Under the pieces are notes generated by a model that was not told the origin of the DNA, ran no database searches, and worked only from the letters and a program-made list of their open reading frames with translations. A stretch of 64,000 nucleotides of DNA, taken from the NCBI GenBank assembly GCA_964016885.1, contig OZ024741.1:232376001-232440000 (forward strand), in the 5' to 3' direction. Position numbers and translations under genes: made by a program. Positions within the stretch are counted from its first letter, which is position 1. The number at the start of each line of letters is the position of its first letter. Below are positions 25,495 through 39,200 of this stretch, piece by piece. The DNA comes from Eledone cirrhosa. Its lineage: Eukaryota.

Positions 25495-26119
25495 GTAAAT
25501 GAAATTACGGTTATATATGTGAATATAATTGTGTAGATTGTCTAAACATGTCATGCGGAAGTTTTAATGGTGAATGTCACCTCGGTTGTAAGTTAGGATA
25601 GGAATGAGATGAAAGTTTTAGTAAAAGTTTTATTAAAAGTTTTAGTAAAAGTGTATGTCAGGCAGGGAATTGGGTGAAAATGTTAGTAAATGCAAAGGTA
25701 AGTGAAATTTTCGTTCGGAAGATATTAATTTTTACCTGGACGTTCTATAAATGCTGTGTGTCGGAAGTGTAATTAGAGTTTAGAACAAAATGGTCTGGCG
25801 TACTTGTTCATTTTTCTGTATCCATATAGGACTGGAATTGTTTAAGAATTTAGATGGCACGTGTGGTGGCAATAATTGTCTCGGCATTACGCATTCTGAG
25901 GGTATATCCCAATATATCTTATTAGGGTAAAGTGAGACGTAATATGTCACCCTCTTTATCTCAACCTGGCCCTTGGTTGTTATTAGCAGAGTTTATTATC
26001 TTGCAATTATTTGAACATAAATCCCTTCTAACGTTGCAAATCTTCCATCGTAGGATATCTATCTATCTATCTATCTATCTATATATATATATATGATAGT
26101 TGTGTATTCTCTTTCACAG

Positions 26120-26266
26120 AATGCAACAAACCCGGATTGTACGGATTGAAGTGTGCAAATAATTGTACAGATTGTGTTGACATGGCATGTGATAAGTATA
26201 TTGGTAAATGTAAAAATGGTTGTATCAAAGGTATGGTTTGGGTCGACGAAATTAAAAGATGTAAGG
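26120..26266 (+). CDS. EGF-like exon 5 (147 bp, open): xCNKPGLYGLKCANNCTDCVDMACDKYIGKCKNGCIKGMVWVDEIKRCK
   Basis: cag|AA ... AAGG|gtaagt. A one-codon insertion keeps the frame. Confidence 0.85.
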
Positions 26267-26606
26267 GTAAGTGAAATTACGGATATATGTGTGAATATAA
26301 TTGTACAGATTGTCTAAATATGTCATGTAGAAGTTTTAATGATGAATGTCACATTGGTTGTAAGATAGGAAAGAAATGGGATGAAAATGTTAGTGAAAGT
26401 AAAGGTAAGTGAAATTTTCGTTCGGCAGATATTACCTTTTACCTGGACGTTCTATAAATGCTGTGTGACGCAAGTGTTGTTAGAGTGCAAAACAAAATGT
26501 CTTGGGGTACTTGTTCTGTTTTCTGTATCCATCTAGGACTCGATGTTTTTAAGGATTTGGATGACATGCGTGGGGGCAATATTTGTCTTGGCATTACGCA
26601 TTCTGA

Positions 26607-28341
26607 CTATAGTGTGGAAAAAAGAATTTCTAATTTATCCTATAACAAAGATATCTTCGAAGCTAACGCCAATTATTATAATAATGAGCTATCTAGGGCT
26701 GGATATCTAGACAAAATTAGGTATACTAAGGAAACTAATCTTGGCAGAGCTATAGTAAATCTAGTAATGTAGCTAGTAATAATCATACCACTAACAAAAG
26801 GAGGAGACCTAGATATAAAAATATCCTTTGGTACAATGTTCCCTTCTCTCTTTCCGTTATTAATAATGTCCCTAAATTATTTTTAGGGCTCTATATAACA
26901 GCTTCCCTCCTTCACATATATATAGCAAGTAATTTAATAAGCATACTATTAAATTCTCATACTCCACTACCTCAAATATTTCTAAAATTATCTCAAGTCA
27001 TAATTCTAAAATATTAAAGAATAATACATATGCATCCAACCATGAGAGTCATCATAATAACACTATAAGGCCCGACGTCAATGTAAACTCTAGGCAAAAT
27101 AACACATATAAATATACGTCAAACGTAACTTTGAGGAATACATCAAATAGTAATGTAAATCTAGAAACTTTAGCACCTTCTTTAGTTAATTCCACCACTC
27201 CAGTTCCTAATATAATTAACCCTGGGCGACTTGCCAATAACACTGTAAATAATCTTAATCGTAAATGAAACTGCCCTATTAGAACTAATTGTCCTCTTAG
27301 TAGTTTCTGTCTCGATAAAAACCTAGTATATAAATGTAAAGTGGTAACTAGTACCAATACCTATACCTACATTGGCTCTACTTCTACCTCTTTTAAAGCA
27401 AGATTCTATAATCATTCTTCTTCATTTAAATATCCACTTAAAAGGACCAGCACCGCACTCTCAGAGCTTATTTGGTCCTTAAAAGACAAACGCATTAATT
27501 ACGAAATTTCTTGGCGTGAAATCTACACCGCATCTCCATACTCCAATACTTCCATATCTAGTTATATCAACTTATGTCTAGTTGAAAAATTTACCATTAT
27601 CTCGAATTTCAACTCTATTATAAATAGAAGAACAGATTTATTTGGTCTTTGCAATCATAAATCCTTCAAGACCTTTCACAAAGTATATAGCTAATCTCCT
27701 TTAACTTTTTCCACGAATAACGGTTAATTTCTTACACATATTTTTATATATATATATATATTCTTTCTACATATATATATTTTTTTATATATATTTTTTA
27801 CAGATATTTCATTATATTCTACAATGTATCAATTTAGTTTTCTCAGCATATTTTAAGCCTTTGACCTTTTTTCGATAGCCTTAAATTTTCGCTCAAATCT
27901 TCGTACATTTTGTAAACAAACTATGACGTCATAAGTTTTTTCTACGTTTATAAATTATTCTAGCAATTTCCTTTATTTACTTGTTGATATTAAATAATAG
28001 TTAAATAGTATATCCCACATATATGGATTTTTAAGAGAAATTTTTTATTTTGACATAGATAGACTATTTTTATTTTTTTTTATTTTATTTCTATTTATTT
28101 TATATAAAAATATTTTTTTATACTTATTTTTATTTTATTTTATTTTATTATATTAATACATTTTTACACTTCTTAATCCAAGTTTTAGTATTTAAACCCA
28201 ATATAAAATAATAGACCTAGTTTCTATATTTTAGACCTGTAATATTTGAATACCACCTATAATGTTCGCACATACACGTTATATATTTACTTTTTAACCA
28301 TTATCTACAGCTGTTTTCATTTTGATAGCGTTCCTGATTAA

Positions 28342-28381
<40 letters not shown>

Positions 28382-28672
28382 TTCTCTTTCTTCCTTTTTT
28401 CTTTTGTTTTCTTTTTTCCTCTCCTCACTTTCTGTTTCCTTTTTCTCCGTCTTCTTCTTTTCATTTTTTCTATTTTCCTATCCTTTTCTTACTATTATAT
28501 TTTCTGTCATATGTAGGTTTTGCGTTTTCCTGTTGACAAGTGTGTTTAGGCCTCATATCATGTTACCTTATTTTATCTGATGGGAACACAATTTTTGTCC
28601 CAGGAAGATATTGTTTTCGAAGTGCGCATAATAAAATGTATGGAACTTCTTTAACCATCTTTTAATTTCTTC

Positions 28673-28680
<8 letters not shown>
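26607..28680 (+). mobile_element. 5'-truncated Penelope-like element (Naiad/Chlamys-like GIY-YIG) inserted in the exon array
   Basis: SVEKRISNLSYNKDIF..YYNNELSRAGY, NILWYNVPFS and the GIY-YIG VYKCKV..YIGSTSTSFKARFYNH..LSELIWSLK..LCLVEK..CNH (27341-27694). Degenerate hammerhead-like CTGATG at 28577, AATAAA at 28630, ends at (TA)n. The clade call rests on recalled motif pattern. Confidence 0.82.
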
Positions 28681-28722
<42 letters not shown>

Positions 28723-28898
28723 GTAAACATCACGGGCGTTCTATCTCAAAATTATTTTTGAAAAGCATTAGAAATGCACAACCGGTAAAACTTAAAACCA
28801 AAACTGAATACTAACCAATGCTATTACTAATTTTCGCTTATTCCTAATTAAACTATTTTTCACTGTCAACAATTTGTCTGCATTTTCTTTTCCGTTTA

Positions 28899-29006
<108 letters not shown>

Positions 29007-29221
29007 AATTTCAAATAAATGGAAACTATATTTATAAAACCATATTTATTCTATTACATATATTTCAAGGGTACCAAAAGCTTGGTACGCTATAATCAGA
29101 TAAAATACTAGGTTTGTGTTATAAATTTGACATAACCAGGAAGAAGGACTTAACGGTTCAAGATTTTCCTGGATAAACATTTATATTTGTTGAATTACCA
29201 ACAAATTGGATATTCCTTTTG

Positions 29222-29308
<87 letters not shown>

Positions 29309-30414
29309 GTACGTATTCCTATACTGTATGTAAGTCAACATTTTCCCACAAAATTATATGTATTTTCCTATGTATACATATTCACATGATTATGTACTAA
29401 TATTTAGATGTTTATTCTTGAAAATATATTCAATGCTTGCATATTTGTTTATGTTAGTATGTACTGTTCCTTTACTCGGATGTATATATATATATTGTAT
29501 TGGTGCTCGCTGTTTGGCGCTTATCAAAACCACTCACACTCCAGCCTGACGAAAATTGTAGGAGCTGGATTTTTATACAATTCCAGTAGTAATCAGGAGC
29601 TGATTACCCAGTGTGATTGCTGGTCCAGCAACAATTAGGTATTAGTATTGGTGCTCTGAAATAGCGATGTATACATGAATGTATGTATAGTATATTTGGC
29701 AATATACCGTATGTTTAATATAAAACATTTTAGGGAGAGAGGCTGATAGTGTGTTTCTCGCTGTTTGGCGTTTATCAAAACCACGCACTTCCTTGCCTTT
29801 GCCGAAAGTTGTAGAAACTCTGGAATTTTATAAGAATCATCAGTTGAAATTCTATCTGCTCCTCTTTTAGTTGAAACTTGGAGACATTCAAGTCATCACT
29901 ATTGTCGAAAGTCATTGATCTGGTAAACGGAAAACACGGTCAGCCACGTAGAACCTTCATTCCGCCATTTTTACTTGAAGTGGTTGTTATATGCTCTCCA
30001 AGGATATCCAATTTTGCTGTTGACATCCAGCTATTGTTTGATCACTTTATTGCAGCTTCCTAATTGGTGTTGTTGTCCACGATATACTATTAACCCAAAC
30101 TTGACTGTTCTCTTCATGGTATTCATTGGCTTGTTCCACCATGTCCATGCGTGTCTATGTTTTTCATTGTTATTTGGGAAACGCTTGTATCTGCATACGC
30201 AATCTAATTTGTACATCGGTTTATGGTGTAGACAAAGCTGAAGAGGTTTGTGTATATGTGACAGATTCCGTCTCTTGAAAAGCAGTCAGTAATCTTGAAC
30301 CCCTGACAGCAGTTGACCTTTTATTGCGCCCGACATCTATCCCTTCTATCGTTGCAAATCTTCCATCGTAGGATATCTATCTATCTATCTATATATATAT
30401 ATATATATATATCT

Positions 30415-31213
30415 AGGCGTAGAGGAAGATGAACTGGCCAGTCTGTTCGGTAGGACATTCCGCCCGGGACCGATGGACAACTTCCAAAAGTCCCTGGCCT
30501 GGCAGTGCTACCGAGGAGCTCTACCAGTTCGAGACAAGCTCTACAGACATGGGCGCCCGGGCAGGGACCCTGCAAAAAAGATCTGTCCGAGGTGCGTGCG
30601 AGACGAAGAAACCGTCGCGCACGCATTCATACACTGCCCGGGCGTCACTGACCTGTGGGGCTATGTAGAACGACTATTGTCGCGGGTGGGACCAATCCAG
30701 TTGACCACCGAGTCCATTGTCATGATCAAACCGCCACCCTCCTTCAAAAACGAAGGAGAGGCGGTTTTCCTTTGTGTGATAGCTATGGCGAAAGCGGTTG
30801 TATGGTGGACAAGGTTGAAAGGGCTGAGGTCAGACACCTTTCTCTCCGGCCAACAACTGATTCTTTTTTTCAAATACCACTTTGGAAGAAGAATCAGGAT
30901 GGAGAGAGAGGTGCTGTACCCCAGCAAGTTTTATGAAAGGTGGGTGAAAGTGGCGAGAATGGCCCGAGTGAATGGGCCTTCTCTCTATATCAGCCTGTAG
31001 GTTGAGGAAAAGGAGGAGGAGAGGAAAGGAGTACAAGCTCTTCGTACTCCTGGAGATGAGGGTTGCACATTTTTTTTCGGGGGTATGTGTTACCCATATA
31101 AACTGTCTCCCTCTATTGGGAAAAATCGACTAACTTTTAAATTCCATCTGTGTATGTAAACTTCCCCCTTTGTATTTGTCCCCTTCTTTTGTGCCCCTGT
31201 AGCTAATAAAGAA
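30415..31213 (+). mobile_element. 5'-truncated L1/Tx1-clade LINE 3' end inserted into a (TA)n tract
   Basis: ORF 30473-31000 has the CCHC knuckle CPRC..EETVAHAFIHC. AATAAA at 31205-31210. (TA)n on both sides; the empty site is visible before exon 5 (26055-26094). Confidence 0.88.
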
Positions 31214-31258
31214 ATATATATATATATATATATGATAGTTGTGTATTCTCTTTCACAG

Positions 31259-31405
31259 AATGCAACAAACCCGGATTGTACGGATTGAAGTGTGCAAATA
31301 ATTGTACAGATTGTGTTGACATGGCATGTGATAAGTATATTGGTAAATGTAAAAATGGTTGTATCAAAGGTATGATTTGGGTCGACGAAATTAAAAGATG
31401 TAAGG
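31259..31405 (+). CDS. EGF-like exon 6 (147 bp, open), differing from exon 5 by one V/I change
   Basis: cag|AATGCAACAAACCC ... AAGG|gtaagt. Confidence 0.85.
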
Positions 31406-33060
31406 GTAAGTGAAATTACGGATATATGTGTGAATATAATTGTACAGATTGTCTAAACCTGTCATGTGGAAGTTTTAATGGTCAATGTCTCCTTGGTCGT
31501 AATTCAAAAATGGAATGGGATGAACATTTTAGTAAAAGTAAAGGTAAGTATTACTTTTTAGCTGGTCGTTCTATAAATGATGTGTGTCAGAGATGTTGTT
31601 AGAGTGTAGAACAAAAGGACTAGGTGTACTTGTTCCGTTTTCTGTATCCATCTAGGACTGTAATTGTTTAAGAATGTTGATGACATGCACGCATGGTGAG
31701 CTTACATTCCAAAATATCCTATTATTGTGAAGTGATAATTATACTTTCACTCCGAACCTGGCGCTTGGCTGCTTTTAGCAGAGTTTATTCTCTTGCAATT
31801 ATTTGAATATGACTCTGATTTGAATATAAATTCATTGGTATAACAAGTCAACTTAATAATATTTAAACTTAACTCTTCTCCATGTTAACAAAATTCGCTA
31901 ATTCCTTTAGTTCTTTTGCGCCTAATATACACTGTAAGGATAACGTACAACTTAATCTTGTAAGTCCGAGAAACCTTGACATGGGTCATGGGCTCTTACT
32001 TCATGCTTTGATTAGGGCGAAAAGAAGAAAATATATGACAAACCATAGCTTATAATAAGTGCTCCTCACAAATCATCACTCTGATAATAACATTTTCATC
32101 TCCTTTCAAAAGCAATTGATGTCCCTTGCAGCATACAATTTAGCATACATAATAAATAGAGTTGCTGATACTAGTAAAATAGACACTAATTAAATGCATC
32201 GCCAGCCGAAATTCGGTCAGCTTTTATTACTGTTGCATTTTATCGTTGATATGTTAGACGGAAAATAACATCAGCCAGATAGCACCTTCGTTCCGCCATT
32301 TCACTTAGAACGATTGTGATTTGATCTCTCCATGGCATTTTATTTTTTTTTAAAACGAGGTTCACCATTTGATCTTTTGTAATCTCTCTGAGCCAACTTT
32401 GCACATTCAGCTTTCTGGAAAACTTTTCTGTGTTTTCAGGTCGCTTTAGCAGACACGGCTGTATGGAGAATGACTGTGTTGTATAGACAAAGTTTGATAT
32501 CTGCACTCATATTTGAGCCTGATCAAACAAAGCGCATTCACTGGAATAATTTTTCACCGCCTTTCCAATTCTGCTAATGACGTCCAGTTTATTTTGTTGG
32601 ATCACTTCACTGCGGCTTCATTAAATGGTGTTGTTTCCCTCCTTCATCAATTAACCCAATGTGTAGCTGCTACAGATTTGAACTAGTTCCTGCTGTTAAG
32701 GCGATGTTGACAGACTTGTGTGTTCTCTCCATGAAATTCATTTGCTAATTCCACCATGTGTGCGCGTGTCTCTGTGTGTTGGTGCATATACGAGTTTTTA
32801 AATGTTATTTAGAAAAGTTGTCGCGTATGTTTTGGTATACAAATTCCCTTTGAAAGACATTAGGTTGTACATAGGTGTATGGTCCGGAGAAAGCTGAAGC
32901 GGCTTGTGTGACAGCCTCTATCGTCCGGGAAACCCTCACTAAACTTGAACCTTGACATGAGATGACCTTTTATTGTGCCTCTTCTAAACTTGCGAAGCTT
33001 CTATCGTAGGATATCCTGTATATATATATATTTACGATAGTTGTGTACTCTCTTTCACAG

Positions 33061-33204
33061 AATGCAAACCTGGATATTATGGATCGAAGTGTGCAATTAA
33101 TTGTACAGATTGTGTAGACATGGCATGTGATAAGTATACTGGTAAATGTGAAAATGGCTGTATGGATGGTATGGGTTGGAATAACGAAATTAAAATATGT
33201 AAAC
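33061..33204 (+). CDS. EGF-like exon 7 (144 bp, open): xCKPGYYGSKCAINCTDCVDMACDKYTGKCENGCMDGMGWNNEIKICK
   Basis: cag|AA ... AAAC|gtaagc. Confidence 0.85.
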
Positions 33205-34492
33205 GTAAGCAAAATTTTTGTTGGAAAGATATTGCGTTTTGACTTAATGATATTTAAACTTAACCCTTCTCCAGGTAAACAAAATTCGCTAATTTCTTGC
33301 GTTCCGTTGCGCCTGATATTCACTGTAAGGATAACATACAACTTAATCTTGTAAGTCCGGAAAACCTTGACATGTATCATGTGCTCTATCCTTCATGCTT
33401 TGATTAAGCGAAAAGAAAAAAAAAAGTGCAGTAAACCATAGTTTATAAATAGAGCTCCCCAGAAATCATCACTCTGATAATAACATTTTCATCTTCTTTT
33501 AAAAGCAATTCACTTTATTTGCCTCATACAATTTAGCATTCATAATACATAGAATCGCCAATCCTAGTAGAATGGACACCAATTAAATGTATCGACATCT
33601 GAAATTCGGTCTGCTCTTATTTGAGTTGCATCTTGGAGACGTTCAAGTCAACACTATTGTTAAATGCAGTTGATTTGGTAGATGGAAAATATGGTCAGCC
33701 AGGAAGAACCTTTTTCAGCCATTTTACTAAGAGTGGTTGTGACTTGCTCTCCACTGAATTCTTCTATGATTAAACTAGGTACGTCAGGTTATCTTGTTTA
33801 ATATTTCTGAGCTACACTTTATAGAACACATTTAGCTTTCTGGCAATATTTGCTGTGTTTTCAGGTCACATTAGCATACACAATGTGGAGAAGGGCTGGG
33901 TCGTATAGACAAATTTTGACATTTGCCGTCATAGTTGAGGCTGAGCAAACAAAGCGCATTCACTGGAACACCTTTACCGCCTCACTAATTCTGCTGATGA
34001 CGTCCAGTTTTATTGTTGCTATTGTTGGATAACTTCACTGCGGTTTCCTAATTGTTCTTGTTGCCCACCATAGTCAACTAACCCAATATTTAGCTGCTAC
34101 AGATTTGAACTGTTTTCTGTTAAGATAGCGAAGTTTACAGACTTTCTCTCCATGGAATTCATTGGCTGGTTCCATCATGTGTGTACGTGTCTGTGTGTGT
34201 TGGTACATATATGGGTTTTCAATTGTTATTTAGCAATGTTCTCGCGCTTATTTATTCATACGCTATCCCTTTGAAAGACAGTATTTTATAAATCGCTTTA
34301 TGCTCCAGAGAACGCTGAAGAGGTTTGTGTGTATCTGACAGCCTACTTCCCCCGAAATTCCTTCAGTATTATGAACTTTGTCATGGGTTGAACTTTTATT
34401 GTGGCCGAAATCTATCCCTTCTAACCTTGCGAAGCTTCCATCGTAGGATGTATATATATATATTTACGATAGCTGTGTATTCTCTTTCATAG

Positions 34493-34636
34493 AATGCAAA
34501 CCTGGATATTACGGATTTGACTGTGAAAAACATTGTACAGATTGTGTAGACATAGCATGTGATAAGTATATTGGTAAATGTGAAAATGGTTGTTTCAGAG
34601 GTTTGACTTGGGATGACGAAATTAAAAGATGTAAAG
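34493..34636 (+). CDS. EGF-like exon 8 (144 bp, open): xCKPGYYGFDCEKHCTDCVDIACDKYIGKCENGCFRGLTWDDEIKRCK
   Basis: tttcatag|AA ... AAAG|gtaagt. Confidence 0.85.
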
Positions 34637-36316
34637 GTAAGTGAAATTACGAATACATATGTGAATATAATTGTGTAGATTGTCTAAACATGTCATGTGT
34701 AAGCTTTAATGGTAAATCTCACCTTGGTTGTATGTCAGGCAAGGAATTGTCTGAAAATGTTAGTAAATGCAAAAGTAAGTGAAATTTTCGTTGGGAAGAT
34801 ATTACTTTTTAACTGGACGTTCTATAAATGCTGTGTGCCGGAATTGTTGTTAGAGTGTAGAACAAAATGTCTTGGGGTACTCTGTATCCATATAGGACTA
34901 GAACTTTTCAAGGATTTGGACGACATGTGTGGTGGCAATATTTGTCTGGGTTTTACGCATTCTGAGCTTACATTCCAATATATCCTATTACAATAAAGTT
35001 ATAATTAGAATTTCACCCCGTTTATCTCGACCCGACCCTTGGTTGCTTTTAGCAGAGTTTATTCTCTTGAAATTATTTGAACATGCCTCTGGTGTGAAGA
35101 TACATACTTCGGTATAACAAGTCAACTTAATGATAATAAAAAGGTAATACTTCTCTATGTTAACAAAAGTCCCTGATTGTTTTAGTTCCTTTGCGGCTGC
35201 TCTTCTCTGTAATGAAAAATTACAACTTAATCTTGTCCGATAAACCTGGACTTGGATCATGGGCTCTATCCTTCATGCTTTGATTAAGCGAAAAGAAGAA
35301 AATATGTGACAAACATAGCTTATAAAAAGAGCTCCTCAGAAATCTTCACTGATAATATAATTTTCACCTCATTTTGAAAAGCAATATACGTTACTTGCAT
35401 CATCAATTGCACATACGTAATACATAGAGACACTAATTAAATGCATGGCCAGCCGAAATTTGGTCAGCTTTTATATCTGTTGCATTATATCGTTGATCTG
35501 TTAGACGGAAAATACGGTCAGCCAGATAGCACCTTCGCTCCGCCATTTCACGTAGAACGATTGTGATTTGCTCTCCATGGCATTTTCTTATTTGTAAACG
35601 AGATTCACCATTTGATCTTTTGTAATCTCTCTGAGCCAATTTTGATGGAGCACATTCAGCTTTCACGAAATCTTGGCTGTGTTTTCAGGTCGCTTTAGCA
35701 TACACGACTGTGTCGTATAGACAAAGTTTGACATCTGCACTCATACTTGATCCTGTGCAAAGAAAGCGCATTCACTGAAACACTTTCACCGCCTTTCCAA
35801 TTCTGCTGATGACGTCCAGTTCATTGTTGCTTTTGTTCGATAACTTCACTGCGGCTTCATTAAATGGTGTTGTTTCCCTCCATCATCAACTAACCCAATG
35901 TTCAGCCGCTACAGATTTGAACTAGTTCCTGCTGTTAAGGCGATGTTGACAGACTTGTGTGTTCTCTCCATGAAATTCATTTGCTGGTTCCACCATGTAG
36001 GTGCGTGTCTGTGTGTGTTGGTGCATATATGAGTTTTTATATGTTATTTAGCAAAGTTGTCGCGTTTGCTTATGCATACACAATCTTTTTGAAATACATT
36101 AGTTTGTAAATCTGTTACTGGTCCGGAGAAAGCTGAAGCAGTTTGTGTGTATCTGACAGCGTCTCTCGCCCGGAAACCCCTCAGTAAACTTTAATTTTTA
36201 CATGAGTAGACATTTTATTGTGTCCGAAAGCTATCTCTTCTAAACTTGCAAAGCTTCTATCGTAGGATATCCTGTATATATATATATTTATAATAGTTGT
36301 GTATTCTCTTTCACAG

Positions 36317-36460
36317 GATGCAAACCCGGATATTACGGATTTGAGTGTGAAAATAATTGTACAGATTGTGTAGACATGGCATGTGATAAGTATATTGGTA
36401 AATGTGAAAATGGTTGTATCGAAGGTATGGCTTGGAATGACGAAATTAAAATATGTAAAT
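36317..36460 (+). CDS. EGF-like exon 9 (144 bp, open): xCKPGYYGFECENNCTDCVDMACDKYIGKCENGCIEGMAWNDEIKICK
   Basis: cag|GA ... AAAT|gtaagt. Confidence 0.85.
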
Positions 36461-37759
36461 GTAAGTAAAATTTTCGTTGGAAAGATATGATGTTTTGCTC
36501 TATAAATGCTGTGTCGGAGGTGTTGGTAGAGCTTAGAACAAAATGTCTTGGGGTCCTTGTTCCGTTTTGTGTATCCATCTAGGGCTGGAATTGTTTGACA
36601 ATTTTGATGACATGAGTGATGGCTATGTTTGTCTCGTAGTTATGCATCCTGAGCTTACATTCCAATATATCCTATTAGGGTAAAGTGAGACGTCAAATTT
36701 CACACCATATATCTTAAGCTGGCCCATGCTTGTTTTAGAGGAGTTTATTATCTTGCAAGTCTCTGGTTTAACGATGTATTCATTGGTATAAAAAGTCAAC
36801 TTAATGATATTTAAACTTAACCCTTCTCCAGGTTAACAAAATTCTCTAATTTTTTTAGTTCTTTTGCGCCTAATATACACTGTAAGAATAAGGTACAACT
36901 TAATATTGTAAGTCCGAGAAACCTTGACATTGTTCATGGGCTCTATCCTTCATGCTTTGATTAAGCGAAAAGAAGAAAAATATGTGGTAAACTATAGCTT
37001 ATAAAGAGAGCTCCCCAGAAATCATCACTCTGATAATAACATTTTCATCTCCTTATGAAAACAATATACTTTACTTATATCATACAATTTAGCATGTATA
37101 ATACATAGAGTCGCTAATCCTAGTAGAATGGACACTAATTAAATGCATCGACATTCGAAATTCGGTCTGTTATTATTTCAGTTGCATCTTGAATGTCGTT
37201 GATCTGGTAGATGGAAAATATGGTCGGCCAGGAAGAACCTTCTTTCAGCCATTTTACTTATAATGGTTGTCACTTGTTCTCCACGGCATTTTCTTTTTAT
37301 TTGTAAACGAGGTTGTCCAGGTGATCTTTTGTAATTTTCGTAGCCAACCCTGATGGACCATATTCAGCTTTCTGGCAATCTTTGCTGTGTTTTCAGGTCG
37401 CTAGAGCATACGTGACTGTGTGGAGAACGACTGAGTGGAGAACGACTGTCTCGTATAGACAAAGTTTGGCATCTGCACTCATAGTTGAGCCTGAGCAAAT
37501 AAATCGCATTCACCTGAACACCTTCACTGCCTTTCCAATTATACTGTTGACGTCCAGTTAACCCTTGCTATTGTTCGGTCACTTCATTGGGCTGCAGCTT
37601 CGTAATTGGTGCTGTTGCCCATCATAATCAAGTAACCCAATATATAGATGCTACAGATTTGAACTAGTTCCTACTATTAAGGCAACGTTGACAGACGTGT
37701 GTTCTCTGCACTGAATCCATTGGCTGTTTCCACCAACAGTTCTTTTAAAAACAACATTG

Positions 37760-39200
37760 CAACCAATAGTACAAGAGAGAACTGAGGAAGCAAACCTCGA
37801 TGGCGTAACACAACTCTTTACAACAAAAAGGCACTGCTACAAAAGACCGATAACAAACCCACGAAAATGGGAGATAATCGCTCTCTGTACAAGAGGCAAA
37901 ACGCTGTATGTGGCTGGTCTGTGCTTCAGGTTTTACGTTTAAATGTGATATTTGTTCGACCATATTTAGGTCAACGTCTACAACAAAATTCAGTAGAACG
38001 TGAAATTTCAAAAGGTCAGCCAAGATGTTATTAATAAGTTTGTTGTTTGTTGTGATGAGTCTGATTGGAAGGAGGCAGGCATGCGCCAACAACAAACTTT
38101 CTGCCACGACCGACATGCGATATATCATAGCATGTAATAATAATAAAGTAACTCTGCAAGAACGGGACCGTAATTAACTTGTAGATTTATCTAAAACTTT
38201 AGATAGATCCACCATCACAACTTGGTAGCTAACTTTAGGGCTGCCAGTGTTGGCCCTATATTCAGTTGAAAGTTTTTCTGCAATTTACAGCGATATCTGA
38301 CCGGTGGTTATTGTGAATTACCATACATCGGAATTGTTCGATATCAAGCACTTCGTCTTCCAATGACGCCCCCTCTCCTCTCTCGTATACGCTCATTCCA
38401 GAGCCATTAATGCGCAACTTAAAAATACAGAGGTGCAACTCACACGATCTAGAATCCCAGGGAAACGTATCGGCACATTCGGATTACGTCACGGCAGTGA
38501 TGTGAAAAAATGTTAATCAGGAAAATCTATAGGTGTACGACTTGCACCTAGAGTACGCTCCTTGTCATCCAACAGAGTGATTACACAACTTGAACATGTT
38601 GTGTTCACAGTCTTCTAACACTTGGACACTTGACTCGGTGGAAATCCACTTTAACATTCTGCCGAAGATCAGAAACGCGGGGAGAGATATAACGTTCTGG
38701 GCTACACTGAGCGGCGAATATAATCGAATACACACCGATGGATTAATTCTAGAAATTTGTGGCCTGGTAGAGCTACCGATGACATTGACGTATTGAAATG
38801 ATCTCTGCAAGCACGGAAGTGCCGTCAACTGAGGCTTTTGGAGATGTACACATGGGGAAAAAAAACCTTCCTGAAAGCACTCATACAAAGTTTGAGTGAG
38901 TTTTCCTGACTCGTGTTGCTATGTCGAACAGATGGATCTGGCTATCAACTGAGTCCATAATAAATATAGCCTCACCTGCCTGGCCCTGCAGGCTGTGTTC
39001 ATGCTCCTGGTAGTCCTTTGAAAAGAGATTTTATCGGGAAAGTGGTTGAAAATTGCGTGGACAGACATTGCTGTTCGGCGAGGTCCTAGTTAACTTTTTC
39101 AAATTTTACTTGAAGAGAAACATAAATGGATGGAGGAAAGTGTTGTCTTCCAATCAATTTGCCTTTCATATTTTCTCCATAGAAACCCTTTGTAGGTAAC
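37760..39200 (+). mobile_element. Highly degraded L1/Tx1-like reverse transcriptase remnant
   Basis: Remnant motifs DLSKTLDR (~38183-38210, cf. DxSKAFDRV) and PLSSLVYA..EPLMR (~38370-38415, cf. GCPLSPLLY..LEPL). Boundaries approximate. Confidence 0.5.
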